The notes beneath the pieces were generated by a model. The model saw nothing but the letters and a program-made list of their open reading frames with translations, was not told where the DNA came from and did no database searches. From Podarcis erhardii (lineage: Eukaryota), in NCBI GenBank assembly GCA_964252035.1, contig OZ176201.1: a stretch of 64,000 nt of DNA; one strand, written 5' to 3'. Position numbers and translations under genes: made by a program. Below are positions 12,960 to 26,385 of this stretch, piece after piece. The stretch's first letter is position 1, and each line of letters starts with the position of its first letter.

Positions 12960-14623
12960 TCATTTAAGAAGCGTGATCTAAAATAAGGTCATGTTGTGAT
13001 TCTATTATTTTTAAAAACACAAATGTAACAGCTGTAACATTCGTATAATGACATAAATTCCTAAGCGTGCCTGCATGTGTGCATTAGATTTGGCAACAGC
13101 ATAATAAATGCACTTGCAGTGTCATAATGCATGCACTAAACAAGACTAGAGACTGTAGAAACTAATTCCACATAAAGCTTTCCTGCTTTTTCAAAAACTG
13201 GTCTATAAAAAAATGTTGAGAACTGACTGTCTCTTAAAATTGCTTTTTCTCCCATGCTGTAAACCTCCCTGTGATGAAATATACTAATCTATCAATTCAT
13301 CTAATATAATCCTTGGGGGTATGGGGGGCACATATGCCTCTGTTCTCCGCAGCATTTCAGCACTGTATCGTGAGGTGGGCGGGGGGAGCCCTCCTAAATG
13401 AATTCTTAAAATCCCAAGCAGGAAACATGGGTACAAAGAAGATATTAAGGGCAAAGCCTTTTCCACTATAGTCACTGCCTGTTGCTCGGGTAATGATTTT
13501 GGGTGTTCTTAGCTCAGGGAGGAAACAAAAAAATCAAAAATATGCAAGTTGCATTGTACCCAGTACCTCTTATAATGAGCTCCTGACACTTAAATGAACA
13601 AATGCACATTTAAACATCGTAGTTTCCTATGAGGTCTATATTCAGGATTAACACATGATTTAACACTGCTTTCTGCAACATAGAAGATGGATGGCTAATG
13701 TGTTACTCTTTAATCGTAAAAATGCAAATAAAACATAAATGATCCTTAAGTTGCTTCCAGAATTCATGCTTAGCACCAACACATTTTTCACAGCAGCAGC
13801 AAAGATTTTGCCAACATGACACTTTGAAGTGTGCACTGCAGTTCATTTTCAGTGCTAAAGGTAGTCAAGTGTTTTAATAGTTAAAATTTAATTTCCCCTA
13901 GTGCCAGTTATTTCTGCAGAAGGTGGAGAGAACTCAGCATGTCCTCATTGTGTCTCAATCCTAGAATTGAGCCTTTTAAGATTGTTTTTGATGCAGAAAT
14001 TTTTAAAAGTCTGTTGATAAAATATACATTGTGTCTGCCATTAAATGCCAAGTGATAACAACAACAGCCAAATTTAGAATTTCTGTTCCAATGTCTCTGG
14101 GAGATATATACCAAAGCAACAGGCACAGAACCTCATCCATGCAGAAAGCTACCTCATTCTCAAATAAGCATGCGCAGGATTGCACACTAAATTTGTTCAC
14201 CTTTCAATAACAAGGCAAGCAAATAAAAAGCAACGAAACTCCCAAATATCTAAATAGTCTGGGTTGTATTAAGAAGTCAGATAAACAAAATAACAGTGTG
14301 ACTGCTTACTATAATTTATGCTGTAAAAGTCACATGCTTTGCCCTATTGGGAAGGGGGGACCTTTTGTTCAAAAAGCCAGTGTATTGGGCAAAGCTAGGG
14401 ACATTATTGATGAACTGCTGCAACTAAAAGGCTGAATTTAAAAGTAGGCAGGTGTTAGCACTGGGCTATTACATCCTACATAGGAGTGGGTGTGCAGAAT
14501 AATACTTGGCAGAGTGACCAATGTGATATGTCTGGAACACAGCTATCAAATCAGCAGTTTCCTTTTATTCAACGTTACAGTATATTTTTATAAACATGTT
14601 GACCTGTTTTCCCCCCCTCATAG

Positions 14624-14764
14624 GTTAAAGCTGTTTACATCTACCCCGAAATGTTCTCTGTACAAAATAGTTTGTTGACACCTACGTTAAAAGCTAGGAG
14701 ACCAGAGCTGAGAGAATTTTTCAAGAAACAGATAGAAGAGCTTTATTCAAGCATCTCCATCTGA
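14624..14764 (+). CDS. ACSL6: ACSL6 last coding exon (VKAVYIYPEMFSVQNSLLTPTLKARRPELREFFKKQIEELYSSISI*)
   Basis: ccctcatag acceptor and TGA at 14762-14764. The C-terminus matches human ...FKKQIEELYSISM. Confidence 0.96.
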   Translation, partial: VKAVYIYPEMFSVQNSLLTPTLKARRPELREFFKKQIEELYSSISI

Positions 14765-15431
14765 CACCAGGAGAAAGTTCTTCAGAATAATGGATTCTGT
14801 AGCAACATTAGGATAATACTGAAACGTGAAAAGGGCGCAGTTGAAATGAATAAGCATCTGACCTTCCACGCGAGCCTTCTGTTGTCGGAAGACACCATCA
14901 CTGAGTAATTCTTTTACCATCTAGTTCTAGTTCCTCTTGTTGTAATGGATGCTCTTGAAGATTGCTTAAAAACATACTGGACAACCGTTAAGCTACTTTC
15001 AATCCCACTCCTTCTGAAAGCCTTTTACAGACACCTTTGTTATTAATACCTGCAAAAACATAAACAAAGATCCCTTAGCAAACAGGAAAGAAAAGCAGAC
15101 TGGACCTGCCCATTTTGTATGACACTCCTCTAAGCTCCTGGATTATTCAATAATGTGATAGGGTTTCCAGATCTCTCTCTGTATGGGTACCATTAAGAAC
15201 TCTTTAGAAGCAAGCAGTTCCCAGGTTGCACATCATGCACACACCTTCCTTAGCATGGTACGGCACCTTCCTTCGTGTGGTGTAGCTTCACCCTTGGCTG
15301 CTACTGCGTGCATATGTGGCCAAGAACTCCTCACTGCAACTGAGCTCTTAAAAGTACCAGGGTCCCACTCAGCGAGATATCTGACAAAGACTAGTGGTCT
15401 ACCTCAATGTTCTTGGATGCTCAAAGCCAGA

Positions 15432-15437
15432 AATAAA
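15432..15437 (+). terminator. Candidate ACSL6 polyadenylation signal AATAAA
   Basis: Canonical hexamer about 670 nt after the stop. The true 3' end cannot be fixed from sequence alone. Confidence 0.3.
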
Positions 15438-16429
15438 TCTGTTACCCTGATGTAGAACTTAAAACTGGAATTGTTTAATCGTTCTTTAAGTGGTAGCACT
15501 TATGCTTTCCCTGCAAGACATAAATTGAATTCACCTTGTGCGAGCCTTTCACAAAAAGAACTGATGGGAGGAAGAGTTTGGATTTCATGCCTACTTAATA
15601 CAATGTAGTGGCACATGCTGGGTGAATGCTAACCTGTAATTGCCAGAACTATCAGAAATGTTACAGGCCCTGGAATTTTTTGTATTTCTTGTGTCTTGGA
15701 TGTTTCTGAAATTAGCAAGGGATCTCTGGGGGCTGCTCCTTTTAAAGAACTGACTGCCTTGTGTTGTGGCAGCTACCTGACAGCAACTTGCAAAACAGAA
15801 GGATAGTTGGTATAAATATGCTGCATAATTTTGCAGCTTCCACTCCCCACCACCCCAGTGGATTCCAAATAGAATAGGATTTTGAGTCAGAGCTTTCCCT
15901 TTGCAGCACTTTATAGCGGTGCACTTCAGGAGAACTGAGCTGGCTTTAAATAATTTAAAGAGGATGCAGAGACTTAACAAACAGCTGTTTGGCCACATCA
16001 TCTGACTTTAAAACGCTTGCTCTGGAGAACCTGCACAAGCCTTCTTATGATGCCCAGGAATTGCAAGTAGATCAGGGATGGGAAATCTGTGGGCAAGCCA
16101 GGTGGTGCTGGACACCCAATGCCCCATCTGCCAGCACATCCAGTAGTCAGAGCTGATAGGACCTGCTGAAGTTCCCTCTCTCTTATGCAACTACTAAAGG
16201 TGCAGGGGCCATGTCCCCTTCTGCATCTGACTACCTTAAATATAGTTTTCTGCTCTGAAGTAGTCATTTGATTCAAGGGTTGGGGAACCTGCAGCTGGGC
16301 TAAAACTCCATTCACACCAGACAGTTGACCATGCTGGGTGAGGCTGATGGGACTCAGGAGTTCAACACCGTCTGGAGGGCCACAGGTTCCGTAGCCCTGG
16401 AATAGTTAGTACTAGTACCTGCATACAGG

Positions 16430-16745
16430 AGGACACAAGAAGATCTCTGCTGGATCAAACCTAAACCCAGTCTACTCCACCATTCTGTTTCTACAGTAGC
16501 CTGCTAGGTGTTCATGGGAATCCTGCAACATGAGTGTAGCAGCACCATTCCTACTTGTATTCCTAACACTGGCGGTAGGTCATAGCTATCAATACTAGTA
16601 GCCATTGATAGCTTTACCCTCCATAAATTTGTCTCTCTTTTAAAGCCATCCAAGCTGGTGGCCATCAATATCTTGCGGTAGTGAATTCCACAATTTAACT
16701 ATGCACAAAAGTAGTATTTCCTGAAACTTCCAACATTCAACTTCA
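16430..16745 (-). mobile_element. Old CR1-type LINE 3' fragment, antisense
   Basis: Reverse-complement CR1 3'UTR blocks (tgctggatcaaacc..., tagccattgatag, gtgaattccacaatttaactatgc). Confidence 0.6.
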
Positions 16746-19700
16746 TCAAAGAAAAGCTTTTCTATATATACTTTCTGCACATCATGCATAGTTGCATACA
16801 CCTCTGTTATGGATGCATGTTTGCCTTTTCCCCAAACTAGAAAGCCCTAAATATTGGGATCTTTCCTTATAAGGGAGTGTATTGTTTTGGTTGGCCCTTC
16901 CTACAACTGTTCCTCAGAGTGGCAGTGGCAGGGTTAGGTGAATGTCTGCGTTCAAATGCCATAGCTATATGAACACAGCCATAGAACCAAATCCAGTGCT
17001 AACAGATTATATGGCTTTCTTGAAACAGTCTCCCCAGACGTAGTTCAGATTTTCTAAAGTTCTCAACACACAGCACCTTGCATGGAGAAAGAAGCTTGTG
17101 ACCATATTAATACAGGAGCTGCTTCTGATGTAGATCAGCATGAGTGGAAAAGCTGAAAGGTGGTGAATAGGATGGCAAGGTTCAAAAGAAGGCTTTCTGT
17201 ATACAAGAGGGAATTTTAGCATCTGTAGTCTGCATGACACCTGCTGAATTTCCCCATATATATCACTATTCAAGGATCAGTAACTTGTCTTTTTTGCACC
17301 TGGAGCTCCCTAATGAGCCACAATGCTCACATTTATTGATATAAGGAAAGATCAGCTTAGCTGTTACTCTTTCCATGAGGAAACCTAGGAGGTTTTAGGA
17401 CATCTGAACCATCCATGAGACATCAAGAAGTCTTGGGCTTGTTTGAGCTGAAGTAGACCTACTATCTCCATATCATCTTACCAATAACTATGGTGTTAAA
17501 TGATTTATCCACATGGAGCTGCTAAATCAGTCAAGTTGAAGGGTGACCAAAGTGAACTTAAGATTGCAAGATTTTTTTTTTAAATTAGAGAGACAGCGAA
17601 TTAATGAGCAAGTGTTTATGCTGAGCCTGGTTAATTAATGTCTGTTCTGAACAAACTGTTAAGATTTCAAAAGTGACTGCATTTTTGAAGTAGTACTTCC
17701 AGTACAAAAAGTACTTCTTTTGTAGTTTTCAAATGCCTGTTCTGATTTCTTGATAGCCCAGCTACAAAGGTTTCACTTTATGCTTAAACTTATCTGATTA
17801 TCCAGGTTCATTTTGTAGTTCTATCAGTGGAAAAGCAGAATTAAAGCCAGTAATTTAGGCTTCACTGCCTGGGCATAAGTCTCACTGAACTCAATGGGAT
17901 TAACTTCTAGTAGCTATGTATAGACTGCACTGTTAGATCCACACTTGAATACTAGGCTGCAATTTTAATTTCACTGAAGGAGGAAGGTACACAAGTTTGT
18001 TGTGTGTGTTCTTTTCATTTAGGTTAAGGCATTGCTTGGGAATGATTTTCTAAATGCTTACTTCCCTGAGCTATAAACACTGGAGAAAACTGGCCCACAG
18101 ATTAAAAGCAGGTCTATATGAAATTGAGGATTTGTAGTTGGCACTGGCTCTAAAATTCTCTCATGGCCCCAATTTACAATCTACAAAGGTTACTTAGATA
18201 TTTATTGAACTTTTATTTGAAGCAGTACATAGGGACATATTGGGCAGGATCCAGCCAAAGCCCCTTGGGTATGATCCAGCCACATTTCATTCTCTTTGAT
18301 TTCAGTTAGACAAGCATTTTATTAAATCTTAGATATTTTCTAGTGAAACCAAGAGTTCTTAAAATGGTTAACACTGGTTGGCTCTAGCATATTTTCTTAA
18401 AGAAAAAAAGTCAATTGTGCATTTCCCTTCATTGAGGAATTGCAATTCCTCAAACCATCATAAGGAAAATCCCAGTAACCACAATTGCCCACTCTAGTGG
18501 CTTAGTTGTGTATGTTGTTCAATATACACAAACCCACACAAGTTTGTTGTTTGCTGCAGAAAAAGGAGCCAAGCTAGAGCTTGGCCCTATATGCTTGCTA
18601 AATATTGCAAGATGTATTACACCACAGTTAGGCAAATAGGACAAACACTATGGCCTAGGGACAAATTGCTATCTGCCTGTCATTTGCAATGGATATCTGT
18701 CTCTGGATTCAAAGACTACTAGGGAGTATGCATCCTTGAACTTTAGGTGCCCTTTATATGATATGACAGTAGCATGAGAGCCACGTACTCCTAGCTTTAT
18801 GCCACATTCATGCTGCAACATTTAAGAGCCGGGCAGCACTTGAGTTAAGCATCATACAGGTCCTTCCCACCCAATCATCACCCTTTTACCTCACCTATGA
18901 AACAAGTACATTAGAAGAACCCATTGCTTCTGTGCTGGTTGCCCACATGGCCATGTGCTTTTAAAAGTTATAAAGGCAAAATATAATGCCATAATTGTTA
19001 TGAATGAATGTGGTTCCTACATTGTACCCAGAATACAAGGAGGACACCTTACCGAGTAAACATGCATACCCCGAGTGGTCAGTACTTAAAGAAAGACATA
19101 TAAAAGCATAAATCAGAAAATGAACTAGGTTTAAATAAGTTGTAAGTTTTCCTATATCAGCAAATGTGCATATGCCAGTTTAGGATATGCACCATTACAC
19201 CGGTATAATCACGGGATTACAATGTTACCACACCAAAGGCTATTGCTTGTGGGAATATTATTTCCTATCAGAGTTTTTTGTACTAGCACTAGTACCTGAT
19301 CCTAAAAAGATAATGTAATATATGAGAGGTAGACAAAGTGCTGTCCTACAAGTATTGATGGATTATGAGCTCCATCATCTCTGATCACTGGTTGTGCTTG
19401 CTGGTACTCAGATGGAGGTGCATCAATGTCTGGAGGGCAACAGATTGGCACAATGACACCTGCTATGATGTTATGCCAGCAGGAAAGATCAACACCCCAG
19501 CCAGTTAAAATCAGAGTTCATGGCCATCATGACATGCTAGTCAAAACAGAGTCAACAACCTTTGGCCAGCCAAGCCAGGATTTTGTATATACTCTGAATT
19601 GGATTGCAAACTACAGTGAAAAATAATAGGTCAATTTATCATCAAAAGCACTAGAATTAAACCAAGTTCAAAATACATAATAATGGGATTTATCTATTCG

Positions 19701-19769
19701 TTACACACCCATTCTATGAGCCCATTAAAACAGTTCTGCTGCTGACACTCTTGGATGATACTGATGATA

Positions 19770-21358
19770 TAGATCTTGTTTCAGTCAAACACCAAAACGG
19801 CCTTGGCTGCTGATTTATGCTGAGAAAAAGGGACGGGGGATTGTGACCCAGGATCTCTTGGTGGATTATGCAACCATCTGGTATCCAGTATCCAACTGGA
19901 CAGGCTCTCTCCATTGGAGGTTGGATGCACTGTACTATACTTCAGTGGTTCCACTCCTACTTTGATGATCAGTTCCAGAAGGTGGCATTTGCATTATGGG
20001 GCCCTGTGGTATTTACACAATGGGGTCCCCATGTTTCCATCTTGTCTTCTATTTTCCTAAATACATACATGAGCTTAGCAACACCATTCAGGGATTTAAG
20101 AGTGAGGTGCTGCCAACAAACTGATGTCATAGAGCTCCACTTCCAGACGAAGCAATGGAAGTGCTGAATTGGTATGGATCATTCATTGGCTCCAGACAAG
20201 AAAGAGGTGAATGGTTTGTCTGAGCACAGAAGTGCTGTTGAACCAGTTCTGGGTGGCGTTTCATTCCCTCTAATGAATTAGGTTCATAGTTTGGAAGCAA
20301 TCATCCAACACTATCACTGGAAGCCGAAGTGTCACCTGTGGCATACAGTGTTCCCAGCTAAGGATGATGTGCTAGTTGCAACTCCTCAACAGAGGTAGAA
20401 CAGCCACATTTATGCCCTAGTAACCTCCAGTTTAGGGGACGCGGGTGGCGCTGTGGGTAAAACCTCAGCGCCTAGGACTTGCCGATCATCAGGTCGGCAG
20501 TTCGAATCCCCGCAGCGGGGTGTGCTCCCGTTGCTCGGTCCCAGCGCCTGCCAACCTAGCAGTTTGAGAGCACCCCCGGGTGCAAGTACATAAATAGGGA
20601 CTGCTTACCAGCGGGAAGGTAAACGGCGTTTCCGTGTGCTGCGCTGGCTCGCCAGATGCAGCTTGTCACGCTGGCCACGTGACCCGGAAGTGTCTTCGGA
20701 CAGCGCTGGCCCCCGGCCTCTTAAGTGAGATGGGCTCACAACCCTAGAGTCGGACACAACTGGCCCGTACGGGCAGGGGTACCTTTACCTTTACCTTTAC
20801 CCTCCAGTTTATACTACTACAGTGCATTACAAAGGCTTCTGAAGATTTCTCAAAAATTTCAGCTAGTTCAAAATTCAGTTGCTTCAGTACTTACTGGGAT
20901 TAGCCTTATGGAACATATCACTTCTCTTAACTGCCTCTGCTTTGGACACAATTCAAACTGCTTAGATGGCCAATGATCCTGGGTCCATAAAGGGTCACCT
21001 TTTCCCACAAAAGTCTGCCCAAATTTTATTACCACTAGAGATCATTTTAAGAGATCCTCCCTGTGTCACTTAAGTTAGGTGTGAGCAGAGAGAGGGTTTC
21101 TTTGTTGTGGCACTACGTATGTCGAATGTCCTCCCCAGACTGATATATTCTGCTACCTGTTGAATACCGTTTTTATTATTTTAATACATGTCCAGTGTAG
21201 ATTGCTTTAAGTGACATTTTCTACTGGTTATTAATATGCACTATTATACTTCTGTTGATTTGATTTTCTGATTTTTTAAAACTGAGTTTTATTGTATTAG
21301 GTATTTTCTTCCGGCTCTTTTTACCTGAAGGCTAGTATATAAATATTTTTAATTAAAC
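19770..21358 (+). mobile_element. Decayed L2-clade LINE (RT C-terminal half to 3' end), interrupted by a Sauria SINE
   Basis: Degenerate RT peptides TILQWFHSYF..QKVA, SILSSIFLNTYM, VRCCQQTDVIELHF (corresponding to QYADDTQLYF) and FQLVQNSVASVLTG...EHIT, plus an AT-rich tail near 21340. Confidence 0.8.
20435..20800 (+). mobile_element. Full-length Sauria SINE (Squam1/POM-type), young
   Basis: gggacgcgggtggcgctgtg head with B-box gttcgaatcc, (ACCTTT)n tail, and an 11-bp TSD cctccagttta (20424-20434 / 20801-20811). Confidence 0.95.
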
Positions 21359-24300
21359 TAAAGAATTTTGAGGGCAAGGGAACAAAAATGGTGATCCTCT
21401 CCAGTTATCACTCTGCAAGGCAAGACCATCCAAAGATCAGGTGCTTAGGTGGACAAAGGAAGACTTCCTCAAGCTAGTGTCCTACTGATGTTTTGGATTA
21501 CAATTTCCATCCACCCCAGCCAGCATAGTCAGTGGTCAGGGATGAGGGGAGCTCTAGTCTAAAATGTCTGGAGGGCACCAGGTTGGGGAAGCCTGATCTA
21601 GCTCACCTCAGGTTATGGTAGGAGGGATGGGAATAATGGTCATGCCCCATTGCCCTGAGCAGATAAGATGAAGCAAGCTGGTTCTACATTCCTAGAACTT
21701 AACTAAGGAAATGCACAGTATTTAAAGATGAGTTGTGTTCTTAGTTATTAGAGGGAATCTCTGTGTTAGCTGGTTCATACATTCATGTTCATCACTTGAT
21801 GACTTGTGGTTATTGTGTGAACTGTGTCCACCAGAAAAGCACGGCATTTGATACGAGGTGAAGTAAGACAATATGGAGGTTTTGTTCCTGGTCAGTGACA
21901 TCTATTTTCCACACACGTCATCTCTTCATTTTGGAACCTCATCAAAGTGATAAACTTGCATGTGTAAATCTGCGATGGGCTGAACTAGGGCCTAAGTAAA
22001 TTATACAAGAAAATTCAGTCATTACTGCAGGTTTAAAATAATATTACATAGTTTTATATTATGAATACCTGTTGCTAAAGTCTTCCCCATAAACTATCAA
22101 AGAGCCAAAAAGCATATACAAGTGAAATAAAAAGCACTATTAGGACCTATTTATTTGACAAATCACCCTGCAGTCAAATGAGGATTTTCAGAGTATCCTG
22201 CATGAAAAGAAGCTGCAATTCCTTTACAAACATTTTTGCAGCACATGACTGGTAATGACAGTAAAATCTTGTATCTTGTCAATATCTTGGATTTGATTAT
22301 TATCGCATATATAAAAAAAGCAGCTTCTATCTTTTAACAGGTTTCTTTTTTTGAATGAAACAAATTAACTTGAACATTATAAACTATTGTTTTCCATCTG
22401 TGAAAAGCACAAACTGGTGATCTATATGTAAATAAACTATGACATGAATGTAAACTTTAAAAGTAATAATACTATTTTTGCATGAAATCTGACAAAGAGA
22501 TGTACTGGTTCTCACAGAAAACTATGGAAATATTTCATCTAGGGATTATTAGTACGATAGATGGAACATTGTTTTCTTTTAAAGTAAACAAGCTTTTGCT
22601 AAAACAGAATTTTTCTTGCTTTGTAGAATTTACCAAAATGAAAGCTGGAAGCTTGGATGCTTTAGAACTAATGCTACCCAAGCACTAGTGAGATTCAATC
22701 TGCAATCTTATATACGTTTGCCTGGGAGTAAGCCCTGCTGAAAAGAAGTGGAGCAGTTTTATGTAGAATTACAAATCTGGCCTGATAATGGCCCAGATGA
22801 GGTCTGCACACAATGAATCAGGGTTAGATATATTAGGAAAAATCCCCCCCTACCACCACTGGACTAGAATGCCTACTCTTTCTGCTGCTACTGAGGAGTT
22901 TTTCCTGACTACTGTTTTCCTCATAAGAGTTTCTATGCCACAAAAGTATTTATGTGAAATCTGTCTCTTTGTCCTTAAGTGTACACTGATTAACAGGGAC
23001 AAAGGAATGAATGTCTTATGAATTTGCCCATCAAAGTCTCTCCCCCCCCCCCGCCCTTAATACCACTATGGCAGGAGGTGTTGTAAGTTAAATGATTGAG
23101 CTCTATTTTCAAACCAAAATGAGGTCAAATTGCCAACTGCCTTGTTCATTTCATCTCCTTTGGCTTGAATGTGTAGCAGAATGGGCTGGTGTTTTAACTC
23201 CAAAAATGCCAGAGGAAAGAGGGATTATAGAGGCATATGTAGTAGGCATGGTGGTAGGGTGGCCAGGTAATGGTGACTGGTGGGGTTACACACTACTACA
23301 ACAACACTCATTCCACTCTAGGCAAGGCACTACACCCATGAACTTTGATCTTAAAAGGACTGCACTAACTGCAATGAAAGCTCCCAAAATAGCTACAACC
23401 ACCTTTTTAAAAAGCAAAAGAAAAGAAGGACAGCAGTTAGAAAAAGATGGAAGTAAATGGCTGGGGAGATTTACCTGAAATCTTGCAAATACTGTAAAGT
23501 GAGTAAGCAAATGGCTTTTACTATAGAGAAAATGACTAGTGTGGAAGCATGTACTTATTATCACTGCAGGTTAATGAGAACCACCACCTCCATACCACCA
23601 AAGTACTGATCTAGTATTGATAGCTTGATGAACTGAAATGGAGAGGCAGCGTTGCTGAGTGGGGCGCTGAGCATATTCATTCTGCTTTCCTATTTATAGC
23701 AGCATCCCTAAGTTCTGCAGAAGTAGTCAATGCTTCTTTTTTATTTTTTTAAAAAATGAGGTTCTGATACTTACATTGATAAAAAGTGCTGTGGGTGGCA
23801 GCACAAAATGGCTGCCATGGACAACCAAAAAAGAGGTGATGGTACTCTGTACCAGAGAGTACAGAGAGAGAGTACAAAATTATTGCAAGTAGTGAAACTA
23901 AGTAGACCAATAGCAGCTCCTGCCAAAATCAGTTTAATTCCTATCTTAAATTCCAAAAGTTATCCTGGTGTGGGGGAAGCAGATAATCACTGAAGGTTGA
24001 TCCCATATGCAATAACACTAAATTAGCCAGAAAGCGCTGTACTAAATGCAAATTCACTTAGATGGCAGTCTCTGTAAGCAAAAGGTGGCTGCATGTTTAG
24101 GCATCAGCAATCACTAGGAAAGTCAAGATTAAGTACCTGAACTCAAGTATGCAATTCTTCTGCTTTGTGTGTGTGAGCGCGTGTATGTGTTTTAAGGCCA
24201 ACAGCTTCAATAACTTGCAAAAAGCCAATTTGGACCTCTGTAGTAAGATGTACATATTTATTTCAATGGGATTTGCTAACAAGTAGGTTTTGGGCTTCTT

Positions 24301-26124
24301 AAAAAGTAGGGGCAGGGGGAGGTTAATTAGCATTACTTAGGTTGCAATCCTGTGCACTTACCTGGAAGTATTCCATAGGATTGCACTGTTAAGACTGTGA
24401 ACCTGATAGATGATGAAGTTAAGCAATAAATAGTCTGTTTTAAGGGTGTCCAGTTGTAAGGGATAACAGAATTCTTGTAACTTTAGCACTTTTGAAGAAA
24501 AAAAGAGAGCGAAAGACAGTAATTTAAGCAAGTGCAGCTTTCCTTGATGCTGCATGATGAGTTGCATCTGCCAAAAATGTAAATCCCAGCAGCCATGGGG
24601 AATCGGTAGCTGTCCAGATGTTAGCTTATGCCATCTCTGACCATTGGTTGTGCTTGTTGGGACTTATGGGAGTTGGGAGACCAACAAGCTATGGAGGGCC
24701 TACATGTTCCCCATCCCTGTTTTAAATGTGCAGGAGCTCAGCACTCTTTCACATTTGGTCACACTAAAGGACTTGCAGCAAAAGCAGTTCATGATCAGGG
24801 AAGAAAACAAAGAAACAAAAAAGACCCCAACAAACACCAGCCACAATTGTTCCCAATTAGGATTTTTCTGTGAGACAACAGCACTTCTGTAAAAACCTTA
24901 CCCTATCTATCATACCACAATAGAACAACATGCCTGCATTCAAATAAGAGTAAAACATTGCAAGTCAAACAGCCATTTCCCCTAAATATACTGCTTATTC
25001 TATTTTCAACTAAAGAAAAATGAAGAGATTAAAATGCAAGGACTTATTTGTTTAAGAACAATTGTAATTAAATATTCTATCCTCCCTAGTTTTGGTATAT
25101 CTGCATGTATACCTAAAATACAAAGAAGCAAATGTGGGATTTTTGTTTTGTAAAGAACTGAAAGACTGTCAGGTTTCTCAAATTTGTTAATATTCCTCTT
25201 GACTGACAAATAAAATATTTTATACAAAAATTGTTTTATTCTAGTATTTTGTCTGTGTGGTCAGTAACTAGTCATTCAGAAATGAGTGCCTATACCTATA
25301 CTATATTATGCTTGTTTTCTTTTCTTTTTTTTAACAACCAAAGAAATACTGCATTCTGAGGTCCATTTCAGAAATCTATGCTTTCTGACTTCAATGTCTT
25401 TGCAGATAAAGAGGAACCTGTCTGCAGTCGCTTGAATTTATTCTCGTTATAAAACTGGCAGTAACAACAGAAGAAAATGTATGAGCTTGTTTAACATGAA
25501 TAGATGGGAATGTATAGTATTTTTTCAGACCATGTGTTTAAAAGAATAAAGTCAATAGAATTATTCAGCTTATTTTCCCACTCTGTGTATTAATGTAGTC
25601 TTCAACTGATCCCCTTTTTATATATTTTTCCCCTCATGGTTTAACACAAACGGACAAGAGGCTCACTATTTTCAGTGGTTCAAAGTCAAAGCAGCCTTGT
25701 ATGTTGTAACTTTAGCAGAGCAAGAGAAACAGATGCCCAAACAGGTGTGGGAGCACTCAAGGACTCAGAGAGGAAACTTCACGCAAAATCTATCACCGCT
25801 ATATATAATTCAATTTTATTAGGTGTGCTTCATGCTGGTGGATCCTGTTCCATAAATTGAGAGTTAAGTTTGGAACTCTCACATTGCACTGCTCTTCTAG
25901 GGCTTCCCCATCTTAGAAAACAGGTAGCGAATTGCATGTTTGAACACTTCCTCTGTAACAACAAACAACAACAGCTGTCTGTGGGATGCCCTGATTTGCA
26001 CAAGAACCTGGGGGGGGGGGGCGGGCAGGAGATGGAGGAGAATTCCAACATGCAATATCTCACATGGATTCTGAAGTAGTACCATTCCAAGAGCTTGGGA
26101 CCTCATGACTCATAATCATAGAGA

Positions 26125-26385
26125 CAAGGAAATACTGTACATCTAATAATACCATTGGTCTGTTTAGCTGAGAACTCTCTATAACTGGCAATGGGTCTCC
26201 ATCGTTTCAGATAAGGGTCTTTCTAACAACTTTCATCAACACCTATTCACATAGCGTTTGATAGATCGTATGTACTCAAAAACACTGCCTCTATTAAAAA
26301 CCTCATTACAACACCTGAAGTGGCTAAGGATGGAGTCTGTGACCTTCTGTATGCACCATAAAGTCTCCATCTATTTAGCTATAGC
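26125..26385 (-). mobile_element. tRNA-derived SINE (Squam2-like), antisense, split by an 83-nt templated insertion
   Basis: The reverse complement reads tagcta...cagaaggtcacagactccatcc...tcaggt [insert] ...gacccttatctgaaac...gaccaatggt. Confidence 0.65.

Noticed and set aside
18895-19084. Minus-strand micro-exon-like segments (19084-19053, 18957-18895) with good splice signals
   Set aside because: They cannot be chained in an open frame and show no homology. They are indistinguishable from chance pseudo-exons without RNA data.
20121-23121. Peptide similarity VIELHFQTK (20125) versus MIELYFQTK (23092), with third-position differences
   Set aside because: The first is the decayed YADDTQLYF motif of an L2 RT. 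A 7/9 match is expected by chance among this many ORFs, and the flanks do not align.
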